The notes beneath the pieces are model-generated. The model was not told the origin of the DNA and made no database searches. It saw only the letters and a program-made list of their open reading frames with translations. DNA of 64,000 nucleotides from contig WOZJ01000018.1 of the NCBI GenBank assembly GCA_011620345.1, forward strand, positions 1 through 64,000. Reading direction: 5' to 3'. Positions 28,249 to 38,153 of the stretch are shown in pieces (the first letter of the stretch is position 1; each line of letters starts with the position of its first letter). Both the position numbers and the translations under genes were made by a program. This stretch comes from Nitrospirota bacterium. Its GTDB lineage: Bacteria; UBA2233.

Positions 28249-30516
28249 GGCATCGGCTTTCCACGAGGCGACAAAGCAGCTCGCAGTGTTTTTTTTGGCG
28301 ACCTTTTTGAGTTTGGCCGCCTCCTCTCCCACCTCAAGATGCCCATCAAATGCTCCAGGCTCAAGCAGAACGCCAGCCATAGAGATGGCGATGAGGGGAA
28401 ATTCCCGAACGTGCCCTTCTCTATCCTGGGACACAATGTATCCCCGGCTCCGGTCCTCTTCGGTGTAGAAGTTCGCGATGGAGGCGTCGAAACGTTCGAC
28501 AATTTCCATACAGGCTTTTTCCGAGTTTTCTACGGGGAGGATGAAGATAAAGTCATCCCCCCCAACATGCCCCAAAAACCCATCCTCGGCTTGATCGATC
28601 GCGCTCTTGAGCGTAAAGGCCGTATATTTGATCACATCGTCCCCATGGGTGAACCCATAACGGTCGTTGTAGGCTTTGAAGTTGTCGAGGTCCGCATAGA
28701 CAACCACGTGCCTAAGGCGCCCTTGAATCCTTCGGTTGATCTCGTCGTAAATCGGGATGTTTCCGGGTAGCCCCGTCAACGGGTTTGCATACGTTGCGAA
28801 CAATATCTGGAGCTCGGAGGTCTTTCGGAATAGCTCGTGGACAGTCCCTAGCCCTGAATACTTCCCGGACTTCGTCACAAGAAATGGATCATACACACGA
28901 AAAGGCGGGCGTTCCAGGCAGGCCCTGGAAACACGCTCTAGAGAATCCGTTGCTTCGACGATCACGGGGTTGGAGTCCATTAATCGCTCGATCGGCTTTT
29001 CGCAGTATAAGGCATACCCAAACTCACTGGATAGTTTAAGGAACAAGGGTTCGCGGACAACGAGGCCGACGGGACTTCCCATTGGGTTGACAACAGGCAA
29101 CGCCACCAGGTCTTCTTTCTCCTTGAACCTCTGAACCACTACCCTTACCTTTGTGGTTGGGAAAATGGGTTCGACAAAATGTTTCAGTTCCTCGATGCCG
29201 CTTCCCGAGGCGGGCCTTTCGCCGATTTCTACCTTGGAAAACAATTTGTGGATCTCCGTAAGTGACTCCGAAAAACCAGCCACCGATTCGTTCGGCCTTC
29301 CCAAGAAATAGCCTTGCCCTAGGTCGACTCCAAGCTTATAGACCTCTTTGAGCTCATCAAAGGTCTCGATTCCCTCGGCAACAACGAGGACTCCTAAGGA
29401 GTGGGCCAAATCCACGAGAGAACGCACAAGGCGGAGCTTGATGTATGACTTGCCGAGATCTTGGATAACTCCCCTGTCTATCTTGATGATATCCGGCGTT
29501 TGATGGACAAGGATAGGGATGAGGCTGATGCCGGCACCCACGTCGTCGATTGCCACGACAAACCCCTGACGCTTGTAATGGGCAATGGCCTCGAGCACGC
29601 CTTGGAGGGTAGGGAGCCTGATATTTTCCGTAACCTCGACAACGAGCTGATCGTAGGAAAGCCCATACCTCTGGGCAAGCGCTTTGGTAAGCCCAATTTC
29701 CCGGGAAGGCGCTAAGACCACTTCAGGGTCGATGTTTACGGCAAGCCTTTTTTGAATCTTTTGCCTCGAGGCGTTAAAGAAGGCGCGTTCCCGCATGGCT
29801 CCCTCGAGCAACGTCAGCTGGCTCGTCTCTTTGGCGGCTCCGATAAGCTGAACGATGTTTAAAAACGGCACGGAGGTTGTAGGGAAGGAGAGGCATTCAT
29901 AGCCAAACAATTCGGCCGTCTTGAGCGAATAGATCGGCTGGAAACGCGTAGAAATGAGCCCCCTTTGAATAATCTCCTGAATGCCGGCCTCTATCTTGTA
30001 AGAGGTGTCGTAGCCCTTGTCGTCCCCCTTCCCTCCGTCGTTTAGCGTAGTGTTGAGGTCTTGGAAGATACGAAGAACCTGATAATCCAAGGAAAGCTCG
30101 CAATTCAACGCCGCTTCCAGCACGCCAACACGAATGTCCCCCCGCAAAGAGGCGCCATCTTCTATCCCAAAGGCCTGAAGAAAGGCGGGATTTTGGAAGA
30201 ACTCCCTAATTTTTGGTACCACGACCATTTTCTCGCTACGCTCGATTGGAGCGTCGGGGATTAGAAGAAGCTCCCATGGGCCGATCACGCAGCCGGTCCC
30301 ATCGATGCCCGCATATTCGGCCAGCGATTCTGCAAGGGTTCGCGTCTGGTAAAGATCGACCTTAGAGGATGCGCTTGCCTGGCCATTGCCAATAATTTCC
30401 CGGAAGTTTACAGAAAACACACAAAACCTCTGCCTTTCAGAAAGCAGGCGCTTCATGAACACGATCAGGGATTCGAGGTCGGGCAAGAGACCGAGACGTC
30501 TCGATTTTTCTCGCAT
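28243..30516 (-). CDS. EAL-CBS-GGDEF c-di-GMP signalling protein
   Basis: FQPI..YECL, EVTE, IDDVGAG, IKID, AEGIET, GQGY; CBS pair; DLDNFKAYNDRYG, GHVGGDDF; start ATG 30516 (alternative 30576). Confidence 0.92.
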   Translation of the reverse strand: MREKSRRLGLLPDLESLIVFMKRLLSERQRFCVFSVNFREIIGNGQASASSKVDLYQTRTLAESLAEYAGIDGTGCVIGPWELLLIPDAPIERSEKMVVVPKIREFFQNPAFLQAFGIEDGASLRGDIRVGVLEAALNCELSLDYQVLRIFQDLNTTLNDGGKGDDKGYDTSYKIEAGIQEIIQRGLISTRFQPIYSLKTAELFGYECLSFPTTSVPFLNIVQLIGAAKETSQLTLLEGAMRERAFFNASRQKIQKRLAVNIDPEVVLAPSREIGLTKALAQRYGLSYDQLVVEVTENIRLPTLQGVLEAIAHYKRQGFVVAIDDVGAGISLIPILVHQTPDIIKIDRGVIQDLGKSYIKLRLVRSLVDLAHSLGVLVVAEGIETFDELKEVYKLGVDLGQGYFLGRPNESVAGFSESLTEIHKLFSKVEIGERPASGSGIEELKHFVEPIFPTTKVRVVVQRFKEKEDLVALPVVNPMGSPVGLVVREPLFLKLSSEFGYALYCEKPIERLMDSNPVIVEATDSLERVSRACLERPPFRVYDPFLVTKSGKYSGLGTVHELFRKTSELQILFATYANPLTGLPGNIPIYDEINRRIQGRLRHVVVYADLDNFKAYNDRYGFTHGDDVIKYTAFTLKSAIDQAEDGFLGHVGGDDFIFILPVENSEKACMEIVERFDASIANFYTEEDRSRGYIVSQDREGHVREFPLIAISMAGVLLEPGAFDGHLEVGEEAAKLKKVAKKNTASCFVASWKADAL

Positions 30517-30687
30517 AAACACCGCTAACGCCCTTTTTGGTTTTTTTTTACTGTAACACAACGGATATACGCACAAGCCCTAAGGCGCGCGGTATTCCTT
30601 CAGAAAGCCCGCCCGTATAGGCGCTTTCTCGGTAACTCTCTTCTTTTAGGAATGAAAGGATTTAAAAAAATGCGACCCCTAGGAGCG

Positions 30688-32010
30688 TTACACGTCCCTT
30701 TTAGGGTCGAAGATTCGGGGGGTTGTCAAATCAAGCCGCAACTCTCTTAGGAGCACCTCGCCGTTGGAACGCTCGAGAGTACTTGTTGCGATACCAATCT
30801 GCATGTCTGGGTTTGGTAAGGTGGGAACCATTCCTACCGGGAATTCTAGGATCCGAGAGGCCGGGTCGAACCGGAATTTTTGGAAGCCTGACCTCTGGAA
30901 TACTCGAAGGACTTCCAGGGCATCCTTGCCGTATGCCTTGGCTGAAACCAAGAAGTAGCTGTTTTCCGAGAAGGTGTGCGTTTTTGGAATTGGACCGCCG
31001 GCATTCTGGCGAAACAGCTGGGCCGTGTGCTTGTTCTCGCCGGAGCAATAATGCACCCCAAGCTTAAAGCCCTCCTCAAGGGCATACTCCAGTAGATTCA
31101 GGCAGGCCGCTTCGCTGCCCGCAATCGGCAAAGTGCCGGGGTACCAATAGTCGTAGAGAACGGACCAAGGAGGATTTTTAATCAGGTATCCCCGCTCCTT
31201 ATAGGCTCCGGGGTGAACGAGCGAACAAAGCATTTCCAGCAGGTTGATGCCGAATATCCCGATCTGGTTAAGATTCCTCAAGATGCCTTGCATCACGCCT
31301 TCCGTACCGGGCTCGATGGGCATCTCGACCATCGCTACAAGTTGGTGCTCGTTGGCCGATACGAGCGAATCATAAACAGTTTTTCCCTCGTAAAAATCCT
31401 CCATCTTGATGCTGAAACGAATCTCGTTCAGTCCTGCCTTTGAAAGCGCCCGAAGGATGGAAGAATCTACAAAATCCCCGTTGGTATAAAGCCTCATATA
31501 GGCCTCTGGAAAAAGCGTACGAGCGGTCTGAAAAAAATCGATCACTTTTTCAGGATGAAGTAGCGGCTCTCCTCCGCTAAGGCCTACAAACTGCAATTCT
31601 GGCGTTTTTTTTGCCAAAGCATAAAGGTCTTCTTTGGCATCCCGCTCATGTTGCAGGTAGTAGCCGTAATCCTTCATTGTATGGTTAAAACAAAAATAAC
31701 AATCCCTATTGCATTGGAAGGAGATGAAAAATGTCCGGCTTCCGATGCCCTTCTCGCAAGCCCTGCATGCGGGCGAGAGACGGCCAACGTGAATGCTCCT
31801 TCCCCCATTGAGAAAGATGGCCCCCCCTCGCTTGAGCCGTTCCATCTGCTCTTTTGGCTGAACCGGGTCAGATTTGGGAGCAAATTCAAACCCTAACCGG
31901 CGAACCTGCCCGTAGAAATCTTCTTGGATTTGGAGGTACTCAATGGCCTCCTTGCGAAGCTGCTGGTTCTTCGCCGAGGCCATTGAGTCTGCATCCAAAG
32001 GAATGATCAC
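30688..32010 (-). CDS. radical SAM protein, uncharacterised (COG2108-like)
   Basis: LSPACRAC followed by CNRDCYFC (CxxxCxxC), SGGEPL, LYTNG, EIRF, HYCS. Confidence 0.85.
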   Translation of the reverse strand: MIIPLDADSMASAKNQQLRKEAIEYLQIQEDFYGQVRRLGFEFAPKSDPVQPKEQMERLKRGGAIFLNGGRSIHVGRLSPACRACEKGIGSRTFFISFQCNRDCYFCFNHTMKDYGYYLQHERDAKEDLYALAKKTPELQFVGLSGGEPLLHPEKVIDFFQTARTLFPEAYMRLYTNGDFVDSSILRALSKAGLNEIRFSIKMEDFYEGKTVYDSLVSANEHQLVAMVEMPIEPGTEGVMQGILRNLNQIGIFGINLLEMLCSLVHPGAYKERGYLIKNPPWSVLYDYWYPGTLPIAGSEAACLNLLEYALEEGFKLGVHYCSGENKHTAQLFRQNAGGPIPKTHTFSENSYFLVSAKAYGKDALEVLRVFQRSGFQKFRFDPASRILEFPVGMVPTLPNPDMQIGIATSTLERSNGEVLLRELRLDLTTPRIFDPKRDV

Positions 32011-32033
32011 GGGTTTTTTGAAGGGAACCCTGA

Positions 32034-32459
32034 TTAGTCCTTTTCCTCGGCCTTAAGCTCTTCCTCGGCCTTGGAGAGCTCTTCTTGGATCGTCTTCTTT
32101 CCCTCATCGATCGCATCCAGCAGTTCTTTTTTCCTGGTCTCCGCCAGCGACCTTCCGCGCTCGAACAACTCCGTCGATGCCCGAAGAATCCGGTCCAAGG
32201 CTTGTCTCGCCGATTCAGAAAAGCTAGAACCCATTGCTTCGGCTTTGTCTTTTAGCCTTTCAGAAAAGCTAGAACCCATTGCTTCGGCTTTGTCTTTTAG
32301 CCTTCCTGCCAAATCCTTCGCCTTTTCCCCATACTCCAGCTCACGCCTTGAAGACAGAAAGAAGCCCGTCAAGGCGCCCATACCCCATCCCACGAAGAAC
32401 ATCGCTACCATAGAAAGACCGCCGCGCTCACGATCCAAATGCACTTCTTTTCTCTCCAT
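32034..32459 (-). CDS. YtxH-domain protein
   Basis: FFVGWGMGALTGFFL membrane segment followed by a charged helical region; downstream of a DUF948-like gene. Confidence 0.75.
   Translation of the reverse strand: MERKEVHLDRERGGLSMVAMFFVGWGMGALTGFFLSSRRELEYGEKAKDLAGRLKDKAEAMGSSFSERLKDKAEAMGSSFSESARQALDRILRASTELFERGRSLAETRKKELLDAIDEGKKTIQEELSKAEEELKAEEKD
32214..32303. repeat. perfect 45-bp tandem duplication (RLKDKAEAMGSSFSE x2)
   Basis: ttcagaaaagctagaacccattgcttcggctttgtcttttagcct at 32214-32258 and 32259-32303. Confidence 0.95.
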
Positions 32460-32523
32460 TGCTGCCCTTCCTTTGTTGTGTGTAACTTCAGGAACCTAAC
32501 GAACGACCCTTCCTTTGCCTATC

Positions 32524-32623
32524 NNNNNNNNNNNNNNNNNNNNNNNNNNNNNNNNNNNNNNNNNNNNNNNNNNNNNNNNNNNNNNNNNNNNNNNNNNNNN
32601 NNNNNNNNNNNNNNNNNNNNNNN
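32524..32623. other. assembly gap (100 N) with an identical 55-bp sequence on both flanks
   Basis: 32469-32523 equals 32624-32678. Confidence 0.95.
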
Positions 32624-32650
32624 TCCTTTGTTGTGTGTAACTTCAGGAAC

Positions 32651-33070
32651 CTAACGAACGACCCTTCCTTTGCCTATCCTTTGCCTATCGAAGAAAAACC
32701 TCAACCCTTTGTAGATGCCATACGCCGTAGCGTACGTCGTGTTGACGGCCGGCAGGACACGGGTGCTCAGTACGGAAACCGATTTAACCACGCCGTCCGT
32801 CGCCTGCAGTAGGCCCTTATGGACATATTCTAGGGTTTGATCGCTCCTGCGAAGCTGAAATTTTGCATTCTCGGAAATATCCCGAACATCTCCGATGAGA
32901 CGGTCAAGAGAATGAGCCACGGGACTCACTTCTTTTTTTACAACCTCAGTCAGTTCCTTCGTTTTTTTTGCAAGAAGGGTTAGCTGGGCCAAAAAAAAGA
33001 TACAGAGAATGACCTGGAAAAGCGCAAAAAAGCACAATACAACAGCAAGAACCAACAGGGCCCGATCCAT
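32651..33070 (-). CDS. DUF948-like membrane-anchored protein
   Basis: N-terminal TM helix and amphipathic helical body; typical pairing with YtxH; AAGGAGG RBS. Confidence 0.65.
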   Translation of the reverse strand: MDRALLVLAVVLCFFALFQVILCIFFLAQLTLLAKKTKELTEVVKKEVSPVAHSLDRLIGDVRDISENAKFQLRRSDQTLEYVHKGLLQATDGVVKSVSVLSTRVLPAVNTTYATAYGIYKGLRFFFDRQRIGKGRVVR

Positions 33071-33106
33071 GGTCCCTCCTTCGTAGTTTAAAGCGAATCT
33101 GGTTTA

Positions 33107-33135
33107 ATTATACTAGGAATTTTTGGCTATATCTA
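33107..33135 (-). promoter_or_regulatory. putative sigma70 promoter of the DUF948-YtxH-radical SAM unit
   Basis: TAGATA-N17-TATAAT. Confidence 0.6.
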
Positions 33136-33151
33136 CGGGGTCTGGTCGTCT

Positions 33152-33460
33152 TTACTTAATAGGCGTTTGGGATGCATCCCGCTTGTCATCCGGGAGCCCC
33201 GCGTCGAGCGCTTGAATTTTCTTGGCAAGCTTCTTTGCCTTTCGCCAATGCTTCATGTCCATCTCCTGCTGCATCTGGACAAACAGATTGCGGTAGTCCT
33301 CGTATTTCTTTGGGTCTATGGCCTGGACCATCGGGGCCTTTGTCTCGTAGGCTTGCCTTGCCGCGTAGTAGTCTTTATATGGTGCCGTGGCACAGCCTCC
33401 AACGAGAAAAAAGACCCCAAAACATACAGCAACGGAAACGAGATGCTTTCGGCTCTCCAT
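33152..33460 (-). CDS. hypothetical lipoprotein
   Basis: Signal peptide MESRKHLVSVAVCFGVFFLVGG-C with lipobox; small helical body. Confidence 0.7.
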   Translation of the reverse strand: MESRKHLVSVAVCFGVFFLVGGCATAPYKDYYAARQAYETKAPMVQAIDPKKYEDYRNLFVQMQQEMDMKHWRKAKKLAKKIQALDAGLPDDKRDASQTPIK

Positions 33461-33596
33461 TTCCTTCTTCCTCTCCTTTTTTTTACTCAAACTACTTGTG
33501 CGTGTATGCACGAATCAAGCACCCTTCCTGTGGCCGAAAGCCCGCCGAACGAAGCAAGCGGCGTTTCATCGACAAGGCGGCTAACATCTCCTGGGC

Positions 33597-35384
33597 TTAT
33601 ACGTCCAACCCCTCCGCCTCTGCTTTTGACTTCACGAGCTGTATCCCAAGCTCTTGAAGCTGATCCTCGCTCACGGGAGAGGGTGCTTGGGTCATCAAGC
33701 AGGTTCCTTTTTGCGTTTTTGGGAAGGCAATCACCTCACGAATGCTGGAAGCCCCTACTACCAAAGTAACGATGCGATCCAACCCGTAGGCAATGCCGCC
33801 ATGCGGAGGGGCGCCGTAGGCCAAGGCGTCCAACAAAAAACCGAACTTCTGCCTAGCTTCTTCCTTGGAGATTGCCAGCAAGGAAAACACGCGCTCTTGA
33901 ACGGCGGCATTGTAGATTCGCATCGATCCACCTCCAATTTCGTTGCCGTCAAGGACCATGTCGTAGGCCTTCGCACGGACCGTCAAAGGGTCTTGCTCAA
34001 GCTTATGGATATCCTCGTCCATCGGGGCAGTGAACGGATGGTGCATCGAAACATACCTTCCTTCTGCCTCGTCGTACTCCAATAGCGGGAAATCTACCAC
34101 CCAAAGGAACGCGTGGCTCCCAGCCGGGACAAGCGCAAGTTTGTCGCGAAAGTAGAGACGAACCTGGGAAAGCCCCGTACAGAGTTTAGCATTGGGCCCG
34201 ACGGCGAGTATTCCCCATTCACCGTCCCCAAGGCCTAGCGTTTCGATGGTTCCGGATGTCTCAGCCTCGGAGAAGTGCCGAGTAAGTCGGCCTTTGAGGG
34301 CGCTTCCTTCGCGCCTTACGATCGTCAACCCCCCCAGCCCTACACTTCGAGCCATTTCTTCGAGAACGGACTGCTCTTTTGGGGAAAACTCCTTCAGTCC
34401 TTCCGGCTTAAGCCCTTTGATGACCCCTCCCGACTCCATGGCCTTGCGAAAAACCTCGAGAGACGAGCCCGAAAAGACGGCCGAAAGATCCTTCAGGTGC
34501 ATGCCAAAACGAACATCCGGCTTGTCCGTTCCGTACGTTTCGATGGCATCTTTGTAGGAGATCCTACGAAATGGCCTCTCAAGCGCAATCCCAAGCTCAC
34601 CGAAAATCTTCTCAACGAGCCTTTCGTTGACCTCTAGGAACTCTTCGAGCGTAAGAAAGGACGCCTCGATATCTATCTGGGTAAATTCCGGCTGCCTGTC
34701 TGCCCTTAGATCTTCGTCTCGAAAGCAGCGGGCAATTTGAAAATAGCGGTCGAACCCTGCAACCATCAAGAGCTGCTTGAACAGCTGCGGGGACTGCGGA
34801 AGGGCATAGAAATGTCCCTTTGTAAGCCTCGAAGGGACGAGAAAATCCCTTGCGCCCTCGGGAGTGCTCTTCGTCAGTATAGGGGTTTCGACCTCCATGA
34901 ACCCGTTATCGCTCAAGAATTTCCGCGTGGCCTGCATCGCGGAATGCCTTACCCTAAGGTTTTCAATCATGCGCGGACGACGCAAGTCAAGGTACCTGTA
35001 AAGAAGCCTGACGTTCTCCTGAACTTCTGCATCGTCCTCGATGAGGAAAGGAAGCGGCTTGCAGGCATTCAGGACGGTTAGCTTAGAAATGCGGATCTCG
35101 ATATCCCCGGTGCTATGCTGTAGGTTCTCGGTACCCGAGGGTCGCCGCTTCACTTGACCCTCTACCTTGACGACGTACTCAAGCCTCACCTGTTTCATGG
35201 GTTCGTAGTCCGCACTCGTGGGATCGGCCACTACCTGCACAAGTCCAGATCGGTCCCACACTTCCAAAAAAACCAACCCTCCGTGGTCGCGAATCCTTTT
35301 GACCCAGCCGCTGACAGCCACTACCTCGCCCTCGAGCGCGAGCGAAAGCTCGCCGGCATAATGAGTACGAAACACGCTTGGCAT
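33597..35384 (-). CDS. aspS: aspartate--tRNA ligase (likely non-discriminating)
   Basis: RDHGG, STPEGARDFLVPSR, LPQSPQLFKQ, FRDEDLRADRQPEFTQ, GAPPHGG. Confidence 0.98.
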   Translation of the reverse strand: MPSVFRTHYAGELSLALEGEVVAVSGWVKRIRDHGGLVFLEVWDRSGLVQVVADPTSADYEPMKQVRLEYVVKVEGQVKRRPSGTENLQHSTGDIEIRISKLTVLNACKPLPFLIEDDAEVQENVRLLYRYLDLRRPRMIENLRVRHSAMQATRKFLSDNGFMEVETPILTKSTPEGARDFLVPSRLTKGHFYALPQSPQLFKQLLMVAGFDRYFQIARCFRDEDLRADRQPEFTQIDIEASFLTLEEFLEVNERLVEKIFGELGIALERPFRRISYKDAIETYGTDKPDVRFGMHLKDLSAVFSGSSLEVFRKAMESGGVIKGLKPEGLKEFSPKEQSVLEEMARSVGLGGLTIVRREGSALKGRLTRHFSEAETSGTIETLGLGDGEWGILAVGPNAKLCTGLSQVRLYFRDKLALVPAGSHAFLWVVDFPLLEYDEAEGRYVSMHHPFTAPMDEDIHKLEQDPLTVRAKAYDMVLDGNEIGGGSMRIYNAAVQERVFSLLAISKEEARQKFGFLLDALAYGAPPHGGIAYGLDRIVTLVVGASSIREVIAFPKTQKGTCLMTQAPSPVSEDQLQELGIQLVKSKAEAEGLDV

Positions 35385-35396
35385 GATCTCCTCCGA

Positions 35397-36662
35397 TTAC
35401 CCCTCCGTTCCGAGGGCATGAATACGGGCCATAATCCAGCCTACCTCCGCAGACGACCCTTCAGACTGAGAACCGGCCTGCATGTCCCTAAGGATCATGC
35501 GGCCCGCATCCGAAGGAAACAATGCGTACCGAAAGCCTCGTTTGTCAACGAACCGGAGCTTTGCTTTCAGCCCCTGCGGGCCCCATACCGGCATTGCAGA
35601 AGTTCCGGCATCCCACAGTTTGGTCAAAACACGGCATAATGCTGGATTTTCCTGCTCTCCCAACGCAAGGACGGCAAGAGATGGTTTCTCAACCCCAAGG
35701 TCGGCCTTCTTTTCTTTTTGCTGGAGCCGTTCGGCTACCCTCTCTACGCCTAACGCAAAACCGATCCCCGCCGTCGGGGGGCCGCCCATCGTCTCGACCA
35801 AGCCGTCGTACCTACCGCCGGCGACAAGGACGCTTTGTGCCCCGCCCTCTTCCGGGTAAATTTCGAACGTTGTTCGGTTGTAGTAATCCAGCCCACGAAC
35901 GATGCGATGGTTTATGTTCACATCGACACCGAACACACCCAGGCAGGCCTTTACCGCTTGAAAATGCTCGAGGCATTCCTGGCAGAGGTGCTCTAGCATC
36001 ACCGGGGCTTTCTCGAGCGCTTCCTTGCATGCCTTGCAGTCAAAGACTCGAAGCGGGTTGAGAACGCTCCGTTGGCGGCAATCCTCGCACAGCGTCGTAG
36101 AGCTTTTGTGCAAGAAAGCTACGAGTTCTTGCTTGAACGGTTCCCTGCAAGTCTCGCACCCGATCGAATTGAGATGGACCTCGAACCCTCCAAGCCCAAG
36201 GCCCCTTAGAATACGATCGGCGAGCGTAATCAGCTCGGCATCGAGACATGGATCCGATACCCCCATCGCTTCCGCGCCTACTTGATGGAACTGACGAAGC
36301 CTCCCTTTTTGTGGCCTTTCATGCCGAAACATCGGCCCGCTGTAGCAGTACCTACATACTGGCCTTTCTTTGTAGAGGCCGTGCTCTAGGTAGGCCCTGA
36401 TGAATCCAGCGGTTCCTTCTGGCCGAAGCGTTAGGCTCCGCCCGGAGGCATCCTCGAACGTATACATCTCCTTTTGGACAATGTCGCTCGAAGGCCCTAC
36501 GCTCCGGAGGAACACTTCGGAGTACTCCACGATTGGAAGCCGAATGGGCTCATAACACGCAACTTCGAGCGTCTTCCTGGCAACCGCCTCTACCTGCTCA
36601 ATTCGTCCGAGAATATCCCCGGTAGAGTCGTGAAACCCACGAATCGCGCTCAGCCTTGCCAT
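35397..36662 (-). CDS. hisS: histidine--tRNA ligase
   Basis: KEMYTF, LRPEGTA, FRHERPQKGRLRQFHQ, RGLDYY, GGRYDGL. Confidence 0.97.
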   Translation of the reverse strand: MARLSAIRGFHDSTGDILGRIEQVEAVARKTLEVACYEPIRLPIVEYSEVFLRSVGPSSDIVQKEMYTFEDASGRSLTLRPEGTAGFIRAYLEHGLYKERPVCRYCYSGPMFRHERPQKGRLRQFHQVGAEAMGVSDPCLDAELITLADRILRGLGLGGFEVHLNSIGCETCREPFKQELVAFLHKSSTTLCEDCRQRSVLNPLRVFDCKACKEALEKAPVMLEHLCQECLEHFQAVKACLGVFGVDVNINHRIVRGLDYYNRTTFEIYPEEGGAQSVLVAGGRYDGLVETMGGPPTAGIGFALGVERVAERLQQKEKKADLGVEKPSLAVLALGEQENPALCRVLTKLWDAGTSAMPVWGPQGLKAKLRFVDKRGFRYALFPSDAGRMILRDMQAGSQSEGSSAEVGWIMARIHALGTEG

Positions 36663-38122
36663 GCCCTTGCCTTTTTGAGTAACCATAAACTCCCCACAAG
36701 CCACCCCCCATAGAATAGGTTAAGATGGACGGGCGAGAGGTTCAAGATCAAGGAGCTCTTCTGCACCCATGCGACCGAATAAAGACGCCCCATCAGACTC
36801 AAAGAGCACGCGGCAAGAACATCGAAGCACCAGGCCAACAACGCGGCCATTGGCGGAAAAACGAACGAAGACAGGCATGCAACTGCAGCGAGGGGAAATA
36901 GGACAAGCTCCGTTAGCGGGATGAACGCGAGATTGAGAACGCTGGAACCAAGAGGCGCCTCGCCAAACAGGTATGTCAGGTAAGGGGCAAGCGTCAGGGT
37001 AACGAAGAGTGAGGTAAAGGATAGTGCCAATAAATACCTCATCGCGCCGCCGGTAGGAACTCCACGAATTCTCCTTTGGATGGCTCTCAACAGGCCTGCT
37101 GACACTATCACGGCAAACGTGCTAAGAAAGGACAACTGAAAGCTGACTTCAGATACCACAGAAGGGCTCCACAGAACTATCACGAAAAAAGCCACGAAAA
37201 GCGCCTGCATAGCCCGCGATTCCGAGGCGGACATGAATCCCAGCAAAGCCATCCCGCCCATCATATACGCACGGGTCAGGCCCGCGGGGAAGCCAGCCAG
37301 AAGAAGATACGCGATACCTATCATGACATAAGAAGCCAAAAAAAGCCTTTGAGAGCTCACGGCCCTGAGCACTCCCGGAATCCTCGCAAGGCCGCCCACT
37401 AAGATGGAGCTTAAAAGCAATACCCCTCCGATGTTCATCCCCGACACGGCCAGAAGATGAATAAGGCCCGTTCCTCGGAATTGCTCAAGGCTCAACCGGG
37501 ACAGCATGCTGGTATCCCCCCACAACAACCCCTCGAAAAGCCCGAGGGTGTCGCCTTTCATACGGGCCTGCACCGCTTCGCGTACCCCAGTACGCACGCC
37601 CCTGTCTACGATATGCACCGCCGTACTTTCCAAGCCCGGGAGTTTTCTGGGGTTCCATTCAGACCCTGAATGCATGAGGTTCCCAAACGAAACCCAGTCT
37701 CCCATCACAACCCTTGGAACATTTCCGACAACGCGTACCGGGAATGGGAAGGAAATTTTCGTACGGTAATAGCCGTTGTCCAAAACAAGAGGGTTCAGGA
37801 TAAACACCGTAGAGGGCTTCCCGGCAGTCGAAAGGGCCATCTTTACAATCCTCCCTTCGCCTTGACATTGCGAATGCTTCCAAGAGGCAAAGAGCTGGAC
37901 CAACGACTGGTTCGCCGATCTTTCCTTAGAAGACTCCGACCTAGCAGCAGCCGCTCCAAGGAGCAAGAATGAAACGGCTACCGCCAAGCCTACACGTCGG
38001 CTGGAGATCCATGACAACGCGGCGAAGGTACACAGCCAAACAAAAAGGGAGCCCGCAGAACCTCCCCCCTGATTCCCCAAGACATAGCCTAGTGCAGCGT
38101 ATCCAAGGAGTGGGAAGGTCAA
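36650..38122 (-). CDS. comEC: ComEC/Rec2 competence membrane protein
   Basis: GLIHLLAVSGMNI, RAYMM, SFQLSF, many TM segments; no C-terminal metallo-beta-lactamase domain seen. Confidence 0.85.
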   Translation of the reverse strand: MTFPLLGYAALGYVLGNQGGGSAGSLFVWLCTFAALSWISSRRVGLAVAVSFLLLGAAAARSESSKERSANQSLVQLFASWKHSQCQGEGRIVKMALSTAGKPSTVFILNPLVLDNGYYRTKISFPFPVRVVGNVPRVVMGDWVSFGNLMHSGSEWNPRKLPGLESTAVHIVDRGVRTGVREAVQARMKGDTLGLFEGLLWGDTSMLSRLSLEQFRGTGLIHLLAVSGMNIGGVLLLSSILVGGLARIPGVLRAVSSQRLFLASYVMIGIAYLLLAGFPAGLTRAYMMGGMALLGFMSASESRAMQALFVAFFVIVLWSPSVVSEVSFQLSFLSTFAVIVSAGLLRAIQRRIRGVPTGGAMRYLLALSFTSLFVTLTLAPYLTYLFGEAPLGSSVLNLAFIPLTELVLFPLAAVACLSSFVFPPMAALLAWCFDVLAACSLSLMGRLYSVAWVQKSSLILNLSPVHLNLFYGGWLVGSLWLLKKARAWQG

Positions 38123-38153
38123 GGGGCGACCGATTCAAAGTACTATTATGGTG

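Noticed and set aside
32469-32678. 55-bp direct repeat around the N-run, considered as an att site or IS target duplication
   Set aside because: The same 55-bp overlap and 100-N length occur at the second gap, so this is best explained as a scaffolding artefact. No integrase or transposase is nearby.
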